Of a stretch of DNA of 64,000 nt, positions 1-12,817 are shown one piece after another. The DNA is taken from positions 188,852,001 through 188,916,000 of the forward strand of contig NC_042997.1 in NCBI RefSeq assembly GCF_006345805.1, in the 5' to 3' direction. The stretch comes from Octopus sinensis (Eukaryota). A model generated the notes under the pieces. The model was not told where the DNA came from. It worked only from the letters and a program-made list of their open reading frames with translations, and did not search any database. The translations under genes were made by a program, and so were the position numbers. Position 1 is the stretch's first letter; each line of letters starts with the position of its first letter.

Positions 1-1077
1 CATCTAAGTACTCTTAAACACTTTTTTTCTATGTTATACGCTTATTAATAGGAATGCATTTACAACTATGCCCTTCGCATAGATTACACGCATTAATGTC
101 TTGTAAGAGAGCGCAAGCACCATAATTTACGGAAGTTAAACTCCTGTCGAAAAATGTTCAACGCTGAAGTTGATAAGATGCCAAACAACTATCTGAGAAA
201 TCTGTAGTTTCTATCATCCCTCAAATGTCAGTTCTCCTACTCTACAAGTAGGTACTATAAGATTGTATAATTCGTTGCACTATAATTCATTAATTTACAT
301 CGAGTCCAGTTCTTCCCATCAGAGAAGTCACGGGCAATAGATGAGTATTATATCGAAGACGTTTGTCTCGTCCAATTAACCCAAGAAAGTTTTAAGTTGT
401 GATTCAGTGAATTACACCAGTCCATAAAGGTTTCTTGTACTTTTTTCTTATTGTATTTTCCAGCATACGAGTCGAATTTTTCAGACCAAAATTTACGGCC
501 ACAAATGGTAGGTCGACTTATACACCAAGGCACCTTCGGGGGTCTTGGAAAGGCAGTGATTGTTTGAATGTTTACACTTTCTTGATTTGTATGCCAGAAA
601 ATACGGTAATCATTCCCGCTAAGCCAAAACAATAACTCATTTTCAATTCCAAAAGCATAAAGGCCATTGCATCCTTTCCTCTTTGCTTTATCTCAAGTCA
701 GTAAGAGTGATCATTTGTCAATGTATGACTATCTCAAAGTACAAAAGATCAAGCATTTAATTCAGTTTACTGTGTTGTGAAGCTTATAGTTATATATGTC
801 TATATTCCAATGTGTGGTTACATAGATATACACATACAATCTGTCTGTAGTCAGTGTTTAGTAGTGAGTGATACAACAGCTATAGATATGGCGGTTTGCA
901 GAACAGTTCTTATGGAATTTCTTTGCAAACTCAGATTATAAAATATTAAAATTTTCCAAATTGTTCAATGTTCTTGAGATTGGATGGTGTTGTTCACATA
1001 ACTGGATTGTTATCATTAAACAATGTGGCATGAATAAATCTAATAAATGTTTATGTGTGTGTGTGTATGTATATAAT

Positions 1078-1352
1078 CATCATCATCATCATCATTTAAC
1101 GTCCGTTTTCCATGCTAGCATGGGTTGGATGGTTCGACCAGGGTCTGGGAAGCCAGGAGGCTGCACCAGGCTCCAGTCTGATCTGGCAGTGTTTCTACAG
1201 CTGGATGCCCTTCCTAACACCAACCACTCCATGAGTGTAGTGGGTGCTTTTTACATGCCACCAGCACAGGTGCCAGGGGAGGCAGGTAACGGCCATGATC
1301 GGTTGGTGCTTTTTACGTGCCACCAGCATGGAAGCCAGTCAAGGCGGCGCTG
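1078..1352 (-). mobile_element. RTE LINE 3' end (5'-truncated)
   Basis: (CAT)n + TTTAACGTCC... is the reverse complement of the 3' UTR and (GAT)n tail of the RTE at 31401-33699. Confidence 0.85.
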
Positions 1353-1574
1353 ACATATATATATATAGAGAGAGAGAGAGAGGAAAGAGGCACATGTTTT
1401 TTTAAAAATGAAGGAAATCTAAAACACAAGAGAATAGCTGTAAAAATAGCTTAGGAAAAAGTGGCTAGCAAGCCACTGCAGAGAAATGAGCTCTGTACCT
1501 CCCAAATTCTAGTCATTATATTGGCAACTAAAGTGAGATCGCAGCCACACATGTCTGGCTCTGTTAAGAATACC

Positions 1575-2148
1575 CCTGATGCATTGGCAATATGATATGC
1601 TTGAGAAGACCTACTGAGTCAAGTAAAACCAATATCGTTGCTGGGGCTGGGGCTGGGCCCCTGACTGGCTCCTGTGTTGGTGGCACATAAAAAGTACCAT
1701 CCGAATGTGGGCAATGCCAGGTCTGCCTGACTGGCTCTCATGCCAATGGTAAGTAAAAAGCACCAACCAGACTGGCTCCCATGCCGGTGGCATGTAATAA
1801 ACATGATCTGAACGTGGTCAATGCCAGGTCCGCCTGACTGGCTCCCATGCTGGTGACATGTAAAAAACACCAACCGATCGTGACTGATGCCAGTATCCCC
1901 TGACTGGCTCCTGTGCTGGTGGCACAAAAAATGCACCATCCAAATGTGATCGTTGCCTGACCTGTGCTGGTGGCATGTAAAAAGCACCCATTACACTCTT
2001 GGAGTGGTTGTTGTTAGGAAGGACATCCAGTTGTAGAAACTTTGCCAGATCAGATTGGAGCCTGGTACAGCCACTGGATCTCCAGACCTCAGTCAGACCG
2101 TCCAGCCCATGCCAGCATGGAAAACGGATGTTAATCAATGATGATGAT
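1575..2148 (+). mobile_element. RTE LINE 3' UTR with about 6 tandem units, diverged
   Basis: Repeated GTGCyGGTGGCAyRTAAAAAGCACC units, AGGAAGGACATCCAG motif and (GAT)n tail. Confidence 0.8.
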
Positions 2149-2164
2149 AATATATAATATATAT

Positions 2165-2330
2165 GGGTGCTGGTTTAGCTGCATGGTAAGAAAGTGGCTT
2201 CCCAAAGACATGGTTCCAGGTTCAGTACCATTGCACAGCACCTTAGGCAAGTGTCTTCTATTGAAGCCTTAGGCTGGCCAAAAGGTTGTGAGCGGATTTG
2301 GTAGATGGAAACTCACAGAAGCCTGACATA
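2165..2330 (+). mobile_element. tRNA-derived SINE group A (CORE-like), 5' half
   Basis: Matches the head of the full copy at 16556-16946 (GGTTCAGT B box, CTTrGGCAAGTGTCTT). Confidence 0.7.
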
Positions 2331-2490
2331 TGTATGTATATGTATGTATATGCATGTACATATATATATATGTATATATATATATATGTATGTGTGTGTA
2401 TATATATATATGTATATATATATATATTTATATGTGTATATATATATATATATGTTTATATATATACACATACATATACACACACACACA

Positions 2491-3003
2491 TGTATATAAA
2501 AATACAATAAGATATTATAATAATAAATACATTATATAAGTGGAGCTATAGCAATTAAAAACGAAAAAGGCAGAATACATAAATAAGGGTGCAAATAGCA
2601 CCTGCAATTGCTAGAAATAAGAGCTAAAATATATAACTCGAATAGCCACACAAAATCACCAACCTCATGAGATGCTCAAGGGACTGCAAGCAGCAAGCCA
2701 TAACATCTTTCCCCAGCAAAATAAAACTTGCAGAATGAAGTAATTTGATAACAACCTGTCATATGATTTTGAAAGGTAACCAATAAGGTTTCATTTCTCC
2801 TCAGGGGAATCTACAGTTTACTCCAAGTTAAAAAGATAGCTTGCTTCCAATTAACCGATGAGAGGGGGAAAAAAACCATTGAATAGTGAGCATTAAAATT
2901 CAAAATGGTTTGGTTGTATATAAAAATACAATAAGATATTATAACAATAAATATATTATAACATATGTGGCTATAGCAATTAAAAACCAGAAAGGTAGAA
3001 TAG
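2491..3003. repeat. Penelope-like remnant with ~85-bp direct repeat
   Basis: TGTATATAAAAATACAATAAGATATTATAA... at about 2491 and 2916; degenerate hammerhead-like core between them on the minus strand. Confidence 0.4.
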
Positions 3004-3005
3004 CA

Positions 3006-3272
3006 CTGGTCTGACCAATAAGTATCTGGACTGTTGCCATAGTAACGAAGCTAGAACACACAGAGTAAAGCTACCTGGCACAGGTTGTCCATGAACTCTG
3101 CTTTAATGTTCTAGCTTACTTCCGCTGTTTACAACAGTGCTTAGAAGGAAGATGTGTAGTGTGTGATCATCGCATTGACCATGATAAAGCTGAGTAGAGA
3201 ATCTGCACCAAATTTTGCCAAAAGCTTAGCAATACCTGCTCAAAGGCCTACACAAAGTTTTCAATAAGTTTT
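3006..3272 (+). mobile_element. mariner 5' fragment
   Basis: TIR-like start GGTCTGACCAATAAGTATC and decayed N-terminal RICTKFCQKL motif. Confidence 0.55.
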
Positions 3273-3618
3273 AATTGGTCTTGACACAATCAAGGAGATC
3301 TTGTTCAACTAACTACTGAAATAGTTAGGTGGGCAATAACTAACCATCATTAACCCATTACCCCAATGCCTGCCAAATAACCATCAGGAAAACAAATGAC
3401 TTGACAGCCTGTAAAGCTTACTTATTTCTTAAAATTCAGTTATGTGTTCAACATACTTCCTACTATGCATTACTAACCTACTTACAATTACTTCCAACCA
3501 CAAACAGATGATACTAGTTACTGTTCATTCCTCCTTAACTTTCCAGGCACAGGCCTAATCTGTGTGTAACTGAGACAACTTAAACAAGACTTGAATTGAT
3601 TCTATGAATCAAAGAACT

Positions 3619-3999
3619 GGATCTTTACCTTTTGACCTACAGATTTAAAAAATAATTTTTTGTAACTAAACACTTTCAAACTGGTAGAATGCGTCATATA
3701 AAGCATGTTTTACTCTTAGCATTTTTGAGAAAAACTTATATTTACGAAGTTATTTCATGTTAAAGTTCTCGTATTTTGGTAATTTCAACGAATCAATGAC
3801 GTGTATTCAGCTGAATAAAATTACAAGAATAAAATTATAAGAACTTTAACGTGAAATAACTTCGTAAATATAAGTTTTTCTCAAAAATGCTAAGAGTAAA
3901 AGATGTTTTATATGACACATTCAACCAGTGTCCGAAGTTTGAAAGTGTTTAGTTACAAAAAGTTATTTTTTAAATCTGTAGGTCAAAAGGTAAAGATCC
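3619..3999. mobile_element. Palindromic MITE with GGATCTTT termini (Merlin-like)
   Basis: GGATCTTTACCTTTTGACCTACAGATTT...AAATCTGTAGGTCAAAAGGTAAAGATCC; arms about 150 bp; internally deleted relative of 6673-7290. Confidence 0.85.
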
Positions 4000-4395
4000 A
4001 AGGGTCTTGACATACTCTACACTGATCATACTACACTTGCTATGGAAACAACCTCGCCCTATATAGTCTCCTTACCCATGAACAATACCTAACTGAATCT
4101 CTCAATCAATGAACTTTTGTCATCTGTCAAAGATGGTCTGAGTTTCTGGACCTAGAAAGTTCCTATCCCAAGGTGTAGACGTTTTATCATTTATCTTTTA
4201 CTTGTTTCAGTCTTTGAACAGTGGCCATGCTGAGGCACCACCTTGAAGGGTTTAGTAAAAAAAAAATTGACACCAGTACTTATTTTTAAACCTGATATTT
4301 ATTCTATTGGTCTCTTTTTTTGCCAAACTGCTAAGTTACTGGGATATAAGCAAATCAACTCTTGTTCCCAAATGTTGGTGGGAGACAAAGACCAA

Positions 4396-4552
4396 CAAAG
4401 TGTAGTATCTGTTCTTATCAGCTTAATATCTGATACGGTCCCTATTTGGGGCCATCAATATTTAAGTGATTTTTAGAAGGAGGCTAAGGGCTTGCTCCAC
4501 CTTTGCCACGGATTGGCCTGGTATTGCAGTGTTTCTAGGATTCAGCGCATCT
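4396..4552 (+). pseudogene. U2: U2 snRNA retrocopy lacking about the first 27 nt
   Basis: CAAAGTGTAGTATCTGTTCTTATCAGCTTAATATCTGATACG (branch-site motif GTAGTA, stem IIa), stem IIb GGTCCC..GGGGCC, Sm-like GATTTTTAG, stem IV CCTGGTATTGCAGT. Confidence 0.93.
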
Positions 4553-4968
4553 CCCACCCAGCACACAACCGGCCCCAGCCCATTCAAAGTACCTTGGATC
4601 GCAGGACGGCCAGCAGTGCTTACCTTGGATCGTGGGGCGACCTGCTGTGCTTGAGGAGACCTATTGAGTCAAGTACATCAACATCAAAATAAAAATCAAA
4701 TGGAATTGTAGTTGTGATACCCATGCTGGTGGCATGTAAAAAGCACCAATCGATTGTGGCTGTTTCCAGCCTCCTCTGGCCCCTGTGCCAGTGGAACGTA
4801 AAAAGCACCCACTACACTCACAGAGTGGTTGGCATTAGGAAGGGCATCCAGCTGTAGAAACACTGCCAGATCAGAAGAGTCTGGTGCAGCCTTCTGGGTT
4901 CCCAGACCCCGGTTGAACCGTCCAACTCATGCTCGCATGGAAAACAGATATTAAACAATTATGATGAT
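4553..4968 (+). mobile_element. RTE LINE 3' end fused to U2
   Basis: GAGACCTATTGAGTCAAGT, GGTGGCATGTAAAAAGCACC units, AGGAAGGGCATCCAGCTGTAG and ATGATGAT tail. Confidence 0.85.
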
Positions 4969-5061
4969 ATATATATATATACACACACACACAGACATAT
5001 ACATATATATACATGTACACGTACACAAACACACACATACACACACACACACACATGTAAA

Positions 5062-5285
5062 CTGACACTCTGTTGGTTACAACAAGTGTTCCAATTGATC
5101 CAATCAATGGAACAGCTTGCTCATGAAACTAACAAAACTAACATACAAAATTACAGGCACAACTCATTTTTGCAAGCTGAATGGACTGAAGTAAAGTGTC
5201 TTGCTTAAGGACACAATGTGCCACTAGGAATCGAACTCATGACCTCTTCATCATGAACTGAATACCCTAACCACCAAGCCACTTG
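5062..5285 (-). mobile_element. tRNA/CORE-type SINE sharing its tail with the element at 58242
   Basis: Reverse complement gives GTTCGATTCC B box, CCTTAAGCAAGACACTT, and tail GCTGTTCCATTGAT...GAGTGTCA. Confidence 0.6.
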
Positions 5286-5762
5286 CTTTCACATATACAT
5301 ACACATACATATATTTTTGATGGACTTCTTTCAGTTTCCATCTACCATATCCACTCACAAGGCTTTGGCCAGGTTGGGATTAAAGTGGGAGACACTTGTG
5401 CAAAGTGCCATGCAGTGGGACTAAACCCAGTCTGCCATACTGGACTGTTGTTATCTTATCAACTTCAAAAGGATAAAGCTCAAAGGTGACCTCAGTAACA
5501 TTTGAACTTACTGCAAAATATTTTGTCTAGCATTCTAACAACTTTGCAAATTCACAAAATTCACAAGTTGCTGCAGATAAGCATTAAACCTCACAATCTT
5601 TAATGAGCACTTCTGGTGAGCTCCCATATAACATCACTAAATTTGCATCTTAAAGTTAAGCTTCCCTTTTGGAACCTTTTTAACTTGATAAGTTTTGATC
5701 TTCTCTAAAGCTCAGAGCAGCCAACATTATAGTACTGATTACATATTTGGAATGGTGTTATT

Positions 5763-6346
5763 CATCATCATCATCATCATCATCCTCGTTTAACATCCGC
5801 TTTCCATGCTAGCATGGGTTGGATGATTTGACTGAGGACTGGCGAACCAGATGGCTGCACCAGGCTCCAATCTTGATCTGGCAGAGTTTCTACTGCTTGA
5901 TACCCTTCCTAACGCCAACCTCTCCGAGAGTGTAGTGGGTGCTTTTACATGCCACTGGCACAGGGTCCAATCAGGCGGTACTGGCAATGACCTCGCTCAA
6001 ATGTTTTTTCACGTGCCACCAGCACAAGTACCAGTAAGGTAACACTGGTAATGATCACGCTTGAATGGTACCTTTTATGGGCCACAGGCACGGAAGCCAA
6101 TTAGCTGTTCTGGCAATGATCACACTTGGATAGTGCTCTTAGCACCCCACTAGCATGGGGTACAAATCCCAGTAAGGCAACGCTGGTAACAGTCACACTC
6201 GAATTGTGCCTTTTACATACCACTGGCACGGAAGCCAGTTAGCTGCTCTGGCAATGATCACGCTCGGATGGTGCTCTTGGCGCCCCACGAGCAGGGATGC
6301 CAGTCATCAAATTTGATTTCGATTTCACTTGCCTCAACAGGTCTTC
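5763..6346 (-). mobile_element. RTE LINE 3' UTR, multi-unit
   Basis: (CAT)n tail followed by the reverse complement of the 3' UTR units. Confidence 0.85.
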
Positions 6347-6349
6347 GCA

Positions 6350-6567
6350 ATATTGATTTCAAATTTTGGCACAAGGCCAGCAAGTTCAAGGGAGGTAGGA
6401 AGTTGATTATATTGACCCCAGTGCTCAACTGGTACTCATTTTATCAACCCCCAAAAAGTGAAAGGTAAAGTTGACCTCAGTGGAATGAACTCAGAACATA
6501 AAGATGGATGTAATGCCACTAAGCATTTTGCTTGCCATGCTCATGATTCTACCGGCTAGCCACCTTA
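6350..6567 (-). mobile_element. SINE group B (Meta-domain-like)
   Basis: Reverse complement of GCCTTTCAyCCTTTyGGGGTyGATAAA..GTACCAG core. Confidence 0.75.
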
Positions 6568-6672
6568 CTTTTACACAATATTACACTCCAAAACATCCTA
6601 GACCATAAACATTTAGTTGACTCACTCTGCAACGTGTAACCACTGGCTCACACATACACTATTTCTTCTCTT

Positions 6673-7290
6673 GAATCTTTACATTTTGACCTACAGATTT
6701 AAAAAATATTTTTTTGTAACTAAACACTTTAAAACTTCGGACACTGGTAGAATATGTCATATAAAACATCTTTTACTCTTAGCATTTTTGAGAAAACTTA
6801 TATTTACGAAGTTATTTCACGTTAAAGTTGTCCTATTTTGGTAATTTCAACCAATCAATGATGTGTATTCAGCTGAATAAAATTACTGCTGTTGTTTGTC
6901 AACAAGAACTTCCGGCGGTGTATATTTTGTTTGTCACTGTTGTTTATGACAACCCTAACCCTAACCCTAAAACCTTAAAGCTAATAAAACCAGTACAAAT
7001 GCACGAATGATGTCATAAATAACAGTGGCAAACGAAAAATACACTGCCAATAGTTGTTGTTGACAAACAACGGCAGCAATTTTATTCAGCTGAATACACG
7101 TCATTGATTGGTTAAAATTACCGAAATAGAACAACTTTAACGTGAAATAACTTCATAAATATAAGTTTTTCTCAAAAATGCTAAGAGTAAAACATACTTT
7201 ATATGACACATTCTACCAGTGTCTGAAGTTTGAAAGTGTTTAGTTACAAAAAATTATTTTTTAAATATGTAGGTCAAAAGGTAAAGATCC
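6673..7290. mobile_element. Palindromic MITE (Merlin-like) with internal (CCCTAA)3
   Basis: About 270-bp inverted arms ending ...GGTAAAGATCC; telomeric hexamers at 6953-6970 in the spacer. Confidence 0.85.
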
Positions 7291-7884
7291 TTTCACTCCA
7301 CTATTTCTACATTGATCTTTACTCTTCTGAATTAGCAAATGCATACAACCTATGCCTTTATGCATCCAATGTCTCTGTTTTTTCTCTACTCATCAACCGT
7401 ACTGTATTGTGTCTCTCAACATATACGCCTGATATAAACATTTTCTGCTCCCTTCCCAGAACAATGCACTTCTAAAATTCTTTCTCCACCCATATTTTCT
7501 CTCACTAATTTTAACTCTTAACTTCTTGTAAGATGTGTGTGCATGTATGTGCTTGTGTGTGTGTACATACATACATACAATTATTATTACCCCTACCTGC
7601 ATCAAAGACCTTGAAGCACTTCAGGAAAAAGCAGCAGATATTCCAAAAAATCTTCTAATAACTTATTCTGCTACATTACTAATTAATGGTCCTTTGTATT
7701 GGAGAATTTTGGCAAAATTAATGTTGTATTACATAACAACAAATTTTTTTTATTATTATATGGGATATGAAAATCATTTGTAGAAAAGTCACTAACCTAA
7801 GCACTTGCATTGCTGTTGTTTCACTAACTGCTTATTATTAAGTCTACCAAATAGATCAGTAAGATTAGTGAGATTACTATAGGT

Positions 7885-8111
7885 CAGCATTTCTTAACTG
7901 TTTTTTTACCAGTGAACACCTTTGATTCCTATTTTACTCAGATGGACCCTCCCAGCCATTCAATGTTTAAAAAATCGTAATATATTTTTATAATTAGATA
8001 TCGTTAGGAATTGTATAAAAGAAACTGTTAAAATATTTTGTGTATAAATTTTAAGAGTAATATTTTATATGGACACCCAAGAGCCATATGGACCCCAGTT
8101 GAGAATCACTG
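7885..8111. mobile_element. hAT-type MITE
   Basis: TIR CAGCATTTCTTAACTG / CAGTTGAGAATCACTG; 8-bp TSD CTATAGGT/CTACAGAT (6/8). Confidence 0.7.
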
Positions 8112-8664
8112 CTACAGATCTTAAAATGTTAGAACTCAACATATTGAGAAATTACATTAGTGACACTGCATTTCTATACGGTGCCATTTCTTAGGATAAA
8201 GCAAAGCTGGTAGCTGTCAGGATTTAATGAAAGAATTACAATAGAGTCTGTGTAAAAGTAGAGAAGTCAATGCAAATAGTATGTGAAGTAATGTGTAGTG
8301 GAAACAAGTAACTTTCTAAAAATCTGTACAAAAGGAAGAATAGATTCTGCATTAAAATAAAACAATATGGAAAAACTTATCATTCAAAGAGAAGAATTCC
8401 TGAATTTTAGACCTGGTTGCCAATAGTTCAAGACAATGTGCTATATCAGATATAAAAATAGAATTGTGTAGTAGAATGTGTTTGGACTAAATTCAAATTC
8501 AACAGTAGCTCAAAGCTAATTATGTTTTTGCTCTAAAATAAGTCCAAGTGTCTTTGAAATCTCAGATTTAGCAATGTTAAGAATATAAGGTTTCTAAGAG
8601 TTTGCTTTATAATGAATAGAGCACTTTTATTTTGGAATTATACAAGAGAGGTGTCAGGTATTCA

Positions 8665-8878
8665 TTAACCCTTTTGTTACCATATTTCTGTTGAAATACA
8701 CTGCCTTTGGTTCACTTAATTTTGAAAATAATAAAGAATTTAGAGAAATAACAATTGTCATGTTGAAGCCACTGCTTGGAACATAAATTAACATGAAATT
8801 TTCATGTAAGGTCTTAATTTAGATCACTTTAAAAAAGCGAATTTGTATCATAGAATCAAGAGTAGTCTCAAGTGGGTT
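8665..8878. mobile_element. TTAA-CCCTT (piggyBac-like) MITE, degenerate
   Basis: TTAACCCTTTTGTTACC start; related to 45404-45624. Confidence 0.5.
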
Positions 8879-9096
8879 GCCACCAAACTGATTAAAGATC
8901 AAAGAGAAAAATCCTGGACTGAACAAATGTTTGATGAAGGCGTTCATATTTGCGATGCTTAAGATTTCAGATTTACATGTTTGGAGATGTATGTCATGAG
9001 AAAAGAAGTGAACACAAACAATAGCAATTGATGGAGATAAGCTAGAAAGCTGTGAATCCAACATATCCTTTGGATTTAAAAAAAGAAATTTTATTA

Positions 9097-9598
9097 CCGT
9101 AAATCCTCGAGTATAATCCACATTTTTTTCCCAAAATTTAAAGGTCAAAATCCCTAGTGCGTACTATATACAAGGTTAAAAATGAAAAATATCTTTAAGC
9201 AATGTCTGAGTCTCTATTTGCTGTCCAGCAATGCTTATTCAGACGCATTTTGTAATGTCAGGCGCAAAAATACCTCAAGCTAAGCCTGAAAGCAATGAAG
9301 TCATAAAAGAATCATCCATAACTTGCAATAATATTACTGTTGTTACTGTTATTTCTTTATTTTCTGCAAACAAAATGCACAAAAAAGCTACACGTTTGCA
9401 TTATGTTATATATATAATAATAATAAAGGATGTTACTGTATACATTTTTACAAACCAAGGACGTTATAATAACCTCCTTGACTCAAGTTAGAAAAGAGGT
9501 GCATTTTACACACACGGTTTAGGTTTTTCAGAGGTACATCCCCCTAAAATTCCCCTGTGTATTATACTCAAGGGCGGACTATACTCGAGGATTTACGG
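9097..9598. mobile_element. Tc1/mariner-pogo MITE
   Basis: TA|CCGTAAATCCTCGAGTATA ... TATACTCGAGGATTTACGG|TA; perfect TIR and TA TSD. Confidence 0.9.
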
Positions 9599-9601
9599 TA
9601 C

Positions 9602-10077
9602 TTTTATTTTCTATTGGAAGTCACTCTCAGCAAGGTGACAAGCAACTGACTAGCAACACAATAGGCTTTAAGTGACCACTTAGTATGTAGGAGTTACAAA
9701 TGAAAAGGAAAGGAGAAAAATCTAGTGTGAAACTACCCTAAGAATCATAAAATGATCGATGTAAGGTTTAAAAGAATTCTGAAAAACATAAAGGAAAAGA
9801 ATTCCATAAGAAAGATGTTAAATGAAAGAAACTACTAGAGTAGAAACACTTCTTACAAAGGGAAAACAACAATGAATGAATGAGAATTAGCAAAAAGCTG
9901 AGTCACTTGATTAGTAACCTTAAGAGGCAGTACAAGAGAAGAAAGTCTTGCAGAACAATAACCATGGGAGCATTTATAGAATAATGATAATGAAGCACTG
10001 TACCAGAAATTTAACTGCTCAAACAGGATCAGTATCATTAGAACTTGCTTCTGAATTTGATCAAGGAGAGACAATAT
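9602..10077 (-). mobile_element. CR1/L2-group LINE 3' fragment
   Basis: Decayed ASLSLFYK..HGYCSARLSSLV and SSFF....LWNS C-terminal motifs; similar relic at 42740-43170. Confidence 0.55.
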
Positions 10078-10312
10078 CTGTTTCTTTATTACCCACAAGG
10101 GGCTAAACATAAAGGGGACAAACAAGGACAGACAAACGGATTAAGTCGATTATATTGACCCCAGTGTGTAACTGGTACTTAATTTATCGACCCTGAAAGA
10201 ATGAAAGGCAAAGTCGACCATGGCAGAATTTGAACTCAGAATGTAGCGGTGGACGAAATACGGCTACGCATTTTGCCCGGTGTGCTAACGTTTCTGCCAG
10301 CTTGCCGCCTTG
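10078..10312 (-). mobile_element. SINE group B, full length
   Basis: Consensus match; flanked by a GGAGAGACAATATC direct repeat. Confidence 0.85.
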
Positions 10313-11140
10313 GAGAGACAATATCAACATTTTCTTAGTTCACTAGTACTACACTCTTGGTTACTGAATTCTCATTTAAGACTATTGTCAATTGACATTA
10401 ACTTATTTTGTAATTGCATAATTTATAATGTATTGGTGTATCTCATGCTGCATGTTGAGGGCTCATACACTTGCGTGTGATTTACCACCACTCAGTGAGA
10501 AAACAACATAGCCAAATGACAAACAGTCACAGTATTAGATAACAAATAACTGTCAACTTCAAGCTTTGATACTTGTTTAAGCATCATTGCTTAGCTGTGA
10601 TTTCTTACACGTTCGTAACACTTCATCAGAATGTTAGTGTTTTCAGCAATAAACTGGGTAAACAAGGAGAAAAGAATCAATTTTTAGCAGTTAGCAAACC
10701 TGGGCACCAAAACTGTTAATCGTTGATTAACAAAGTTAACATTTTCATTAACGATTTAACTTTTAGTTATCTTTGGAAATCATTATCAGACTAATTAACT
10801 TCTGTTACATTTAACTTTTGTTAATCAATTAATTCTTTAAAAATATAACAGAAGTTATCAATAAACCATTAACGTTAATTTTTATTATATCAAAAAAAAG
10901 AAAAAATCTGTTTTTGCTCAAAAACCACCTAAAAACACCTTTAAAATGTCCCAAAACTATAAAATCAGCCTTTTTAAGGGCTTTAGAACCACCCAAAAAC
11001 TATAGTTTTTTTTGTAATTTTGAGTTAAAAAACACTGATTTTATAGTTTTAACTTTTAAAAGACCTAAAAAAGGCTGATTTCATAGTTTTGGCCCTTTTA
11101 AAGTTTTTAAAGTCTTTTAGAGCCAGAAAAAAAGTAAAAC

Positions 11141-12817
11141 GATGCAATTTTCAAGAGGCCTTACAGGGCTGCTATGGCCAAGGTGCATGTCCTCTGGAAC
11201 CAGCAAGATCGCAGCACTGCGGCAGCAGACAACATCTATGCTGAAGTAGGGAGGAGGCTGGTCTGTCCCCAACATGAGACAGAACTCTACCTATGATTCT
11301 ATGGTGGTCCTGAACACCATCCTGGAGACTAAAAGGCCTATTCTCCACAGAGTCATGACCCAGTTGAAGGTCAACAGCCTCAAAAACCAGGATGTTGACT
11401 TAATGAAGGAGTATGCCAAGGTAATAAATTAATAATAAAATATTATTATCATATTATTATAACATATATTATACGAGCAAAATGGCCCTTGTCCAATGGA
11501 CGGTGCTGAGTTGTCAAACATTTAAACCAAATTTTTTCAAAACAACTTGTCTGACTGTCCCATATTCCTCCCCTTTGAGAAACATTTAACCTAAATTTGA
11601 GACACCAGCAAAAGAAGAAATAAAGATAGACTTTTTTCTATTCCAAAGAAAAACAATTTTATTCACTTTATCGATTGGATTCTCACTTGGAACCGATTTT
11701 TGCAATTTTTTCAAGACTTATACACGCCCTGATACTGTTGGTATCTACATATCAAATTTTAGCACAATCGGATGGAGGATGCCCGAAATCCTAGAAGACA
11801 TACACACAGACAGACAGAATGGATTTTATATAATAGATATAATATTATATTAGCAACTGCTAGTGCACGAGCTGTTGATAGAACCAATATATAATATTCA
11901 GAACACCTTGAAGAACTTCAGCTTCGAGACACATATCATATCATATATCAATTATTAATATAATACTAAAATAATATTATAGATACTAAATTATAAAAAT
12001 AATAATTACATCTGATTTGATAATATATTTTTTATAGTCTGTTTCACTACAAATTTGAATTTCTAAATTTGCTAATTCTCCATTATTTTATTTCCAAGTT
12101 ACATCACCTGTGGCCAAAGCTCTCAAGAAGATCCAGGTAAAGAGACAAGCCTACCTTGGGACTCTGCTGTCAACAGTTGTGACGATCTTTAGACTCAATG
12201 ACTTGAAGTCCAAGGGTCTCATCTACTGCAGCCCCTTGGCCAACACAATTTTGACAGGCATCAACAAAAGGTTTAGGATCCTCCTGGAGGATGAGTATTG
12301 CCAGCTGGCTGCTACCTTCCACCCCAGGTTTTGCCTCATCTGCTTGAATAAGAATGACAACACCAAGATCACCAAGGTGAGGAAAAGCATGGATGGTAAG
12401 GTCAAGGAGGCCATGAGGCAGCAGTCTGATGAAGTGAGCAACAACAGTGGAGGTAGCAACAATGAAGAGGAAAATGACTTCTTCAGTGTTGTCAACCAGC
12501 CAAAAGAGAGCAGCAAAGAGCCGCAAGTCACTCAAGGACAAGGCCCAGAATTTGGTCAAGACATGGTTGGAGATGAATTCCAAGGACTTACGGACAAATG
12601 CTGCCTTTTCGGTAAGCAAGTGTTGGTAGACTTGTTCAAGTTCAACACAGCCATCCCCTCCAATGTTGCAGTGGAGTGTTTGTTCTCTATGGGCAAGGAC
12701 ATCTTGAGGGTCAAAAGATCATCCCTGTCTGATGAAAACTTTGATATACTAATTTTTATGAAGGGCAACATGCATCTTATGAACAAAATGGAGAACAAGA
12801 AGAAGAGGAAAAAATAA
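11141..12817 (+). pseudogene. hAT transposase C-terminal half, two exons (11141-11420; 12098-12817), frameshifted
   Basis: NSTYDS motif (TRWNS-like), KEYAK|VTSPVAKAL junction, dimerisation motif NTAIPSNVAVECLFSMGKDILRVKRSSLSDENF. Confidence 0.85.
11474..11837 (-). mobile_element. Non-autonomous Helitron inside the hAT intron
   Basis: Minus strand A|TCTATTATATAAAA...(TGTC)n...GTCCATTGGAC hairpin...CTCG|T. Confidence 0.65.

Larger units (their letters stand above)
4188..5430 (-). mobile_element. SINE group A split by nested insertions (tail 4188-4395, head about 5290-5430)
   Basis: Both halves match the group A consensus; the U2-RTE block and a second SINE lie between them. Confidence 0.7.

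Noticed and set aside
348-635. ORFs at the window start
   Set aside because: No recognisable motifs; they overlap what looks like a pogo-type MITE end at about 453-525.
4396-4420. U2-targeting element (Utopia/Keno) as the cause of the U2 truncation
   Set aside because: The upstream sequence is a group A SINE tail, and the break (about nt 28) differs from the known insertion site near nt 37-38.
6953-6970. Telomere or chromosome fusion site
   Set aside because: Only three hexamers, internal to a MITE.
10584-10634. Additional hammerhead candidates (also 27175-27258, 2775-2825, 25980-26025)
   Set aside because: CTGANGA/GAAA-like words are present, but stem I, stem III or the cleavage triplet cannot be formed convincingly.
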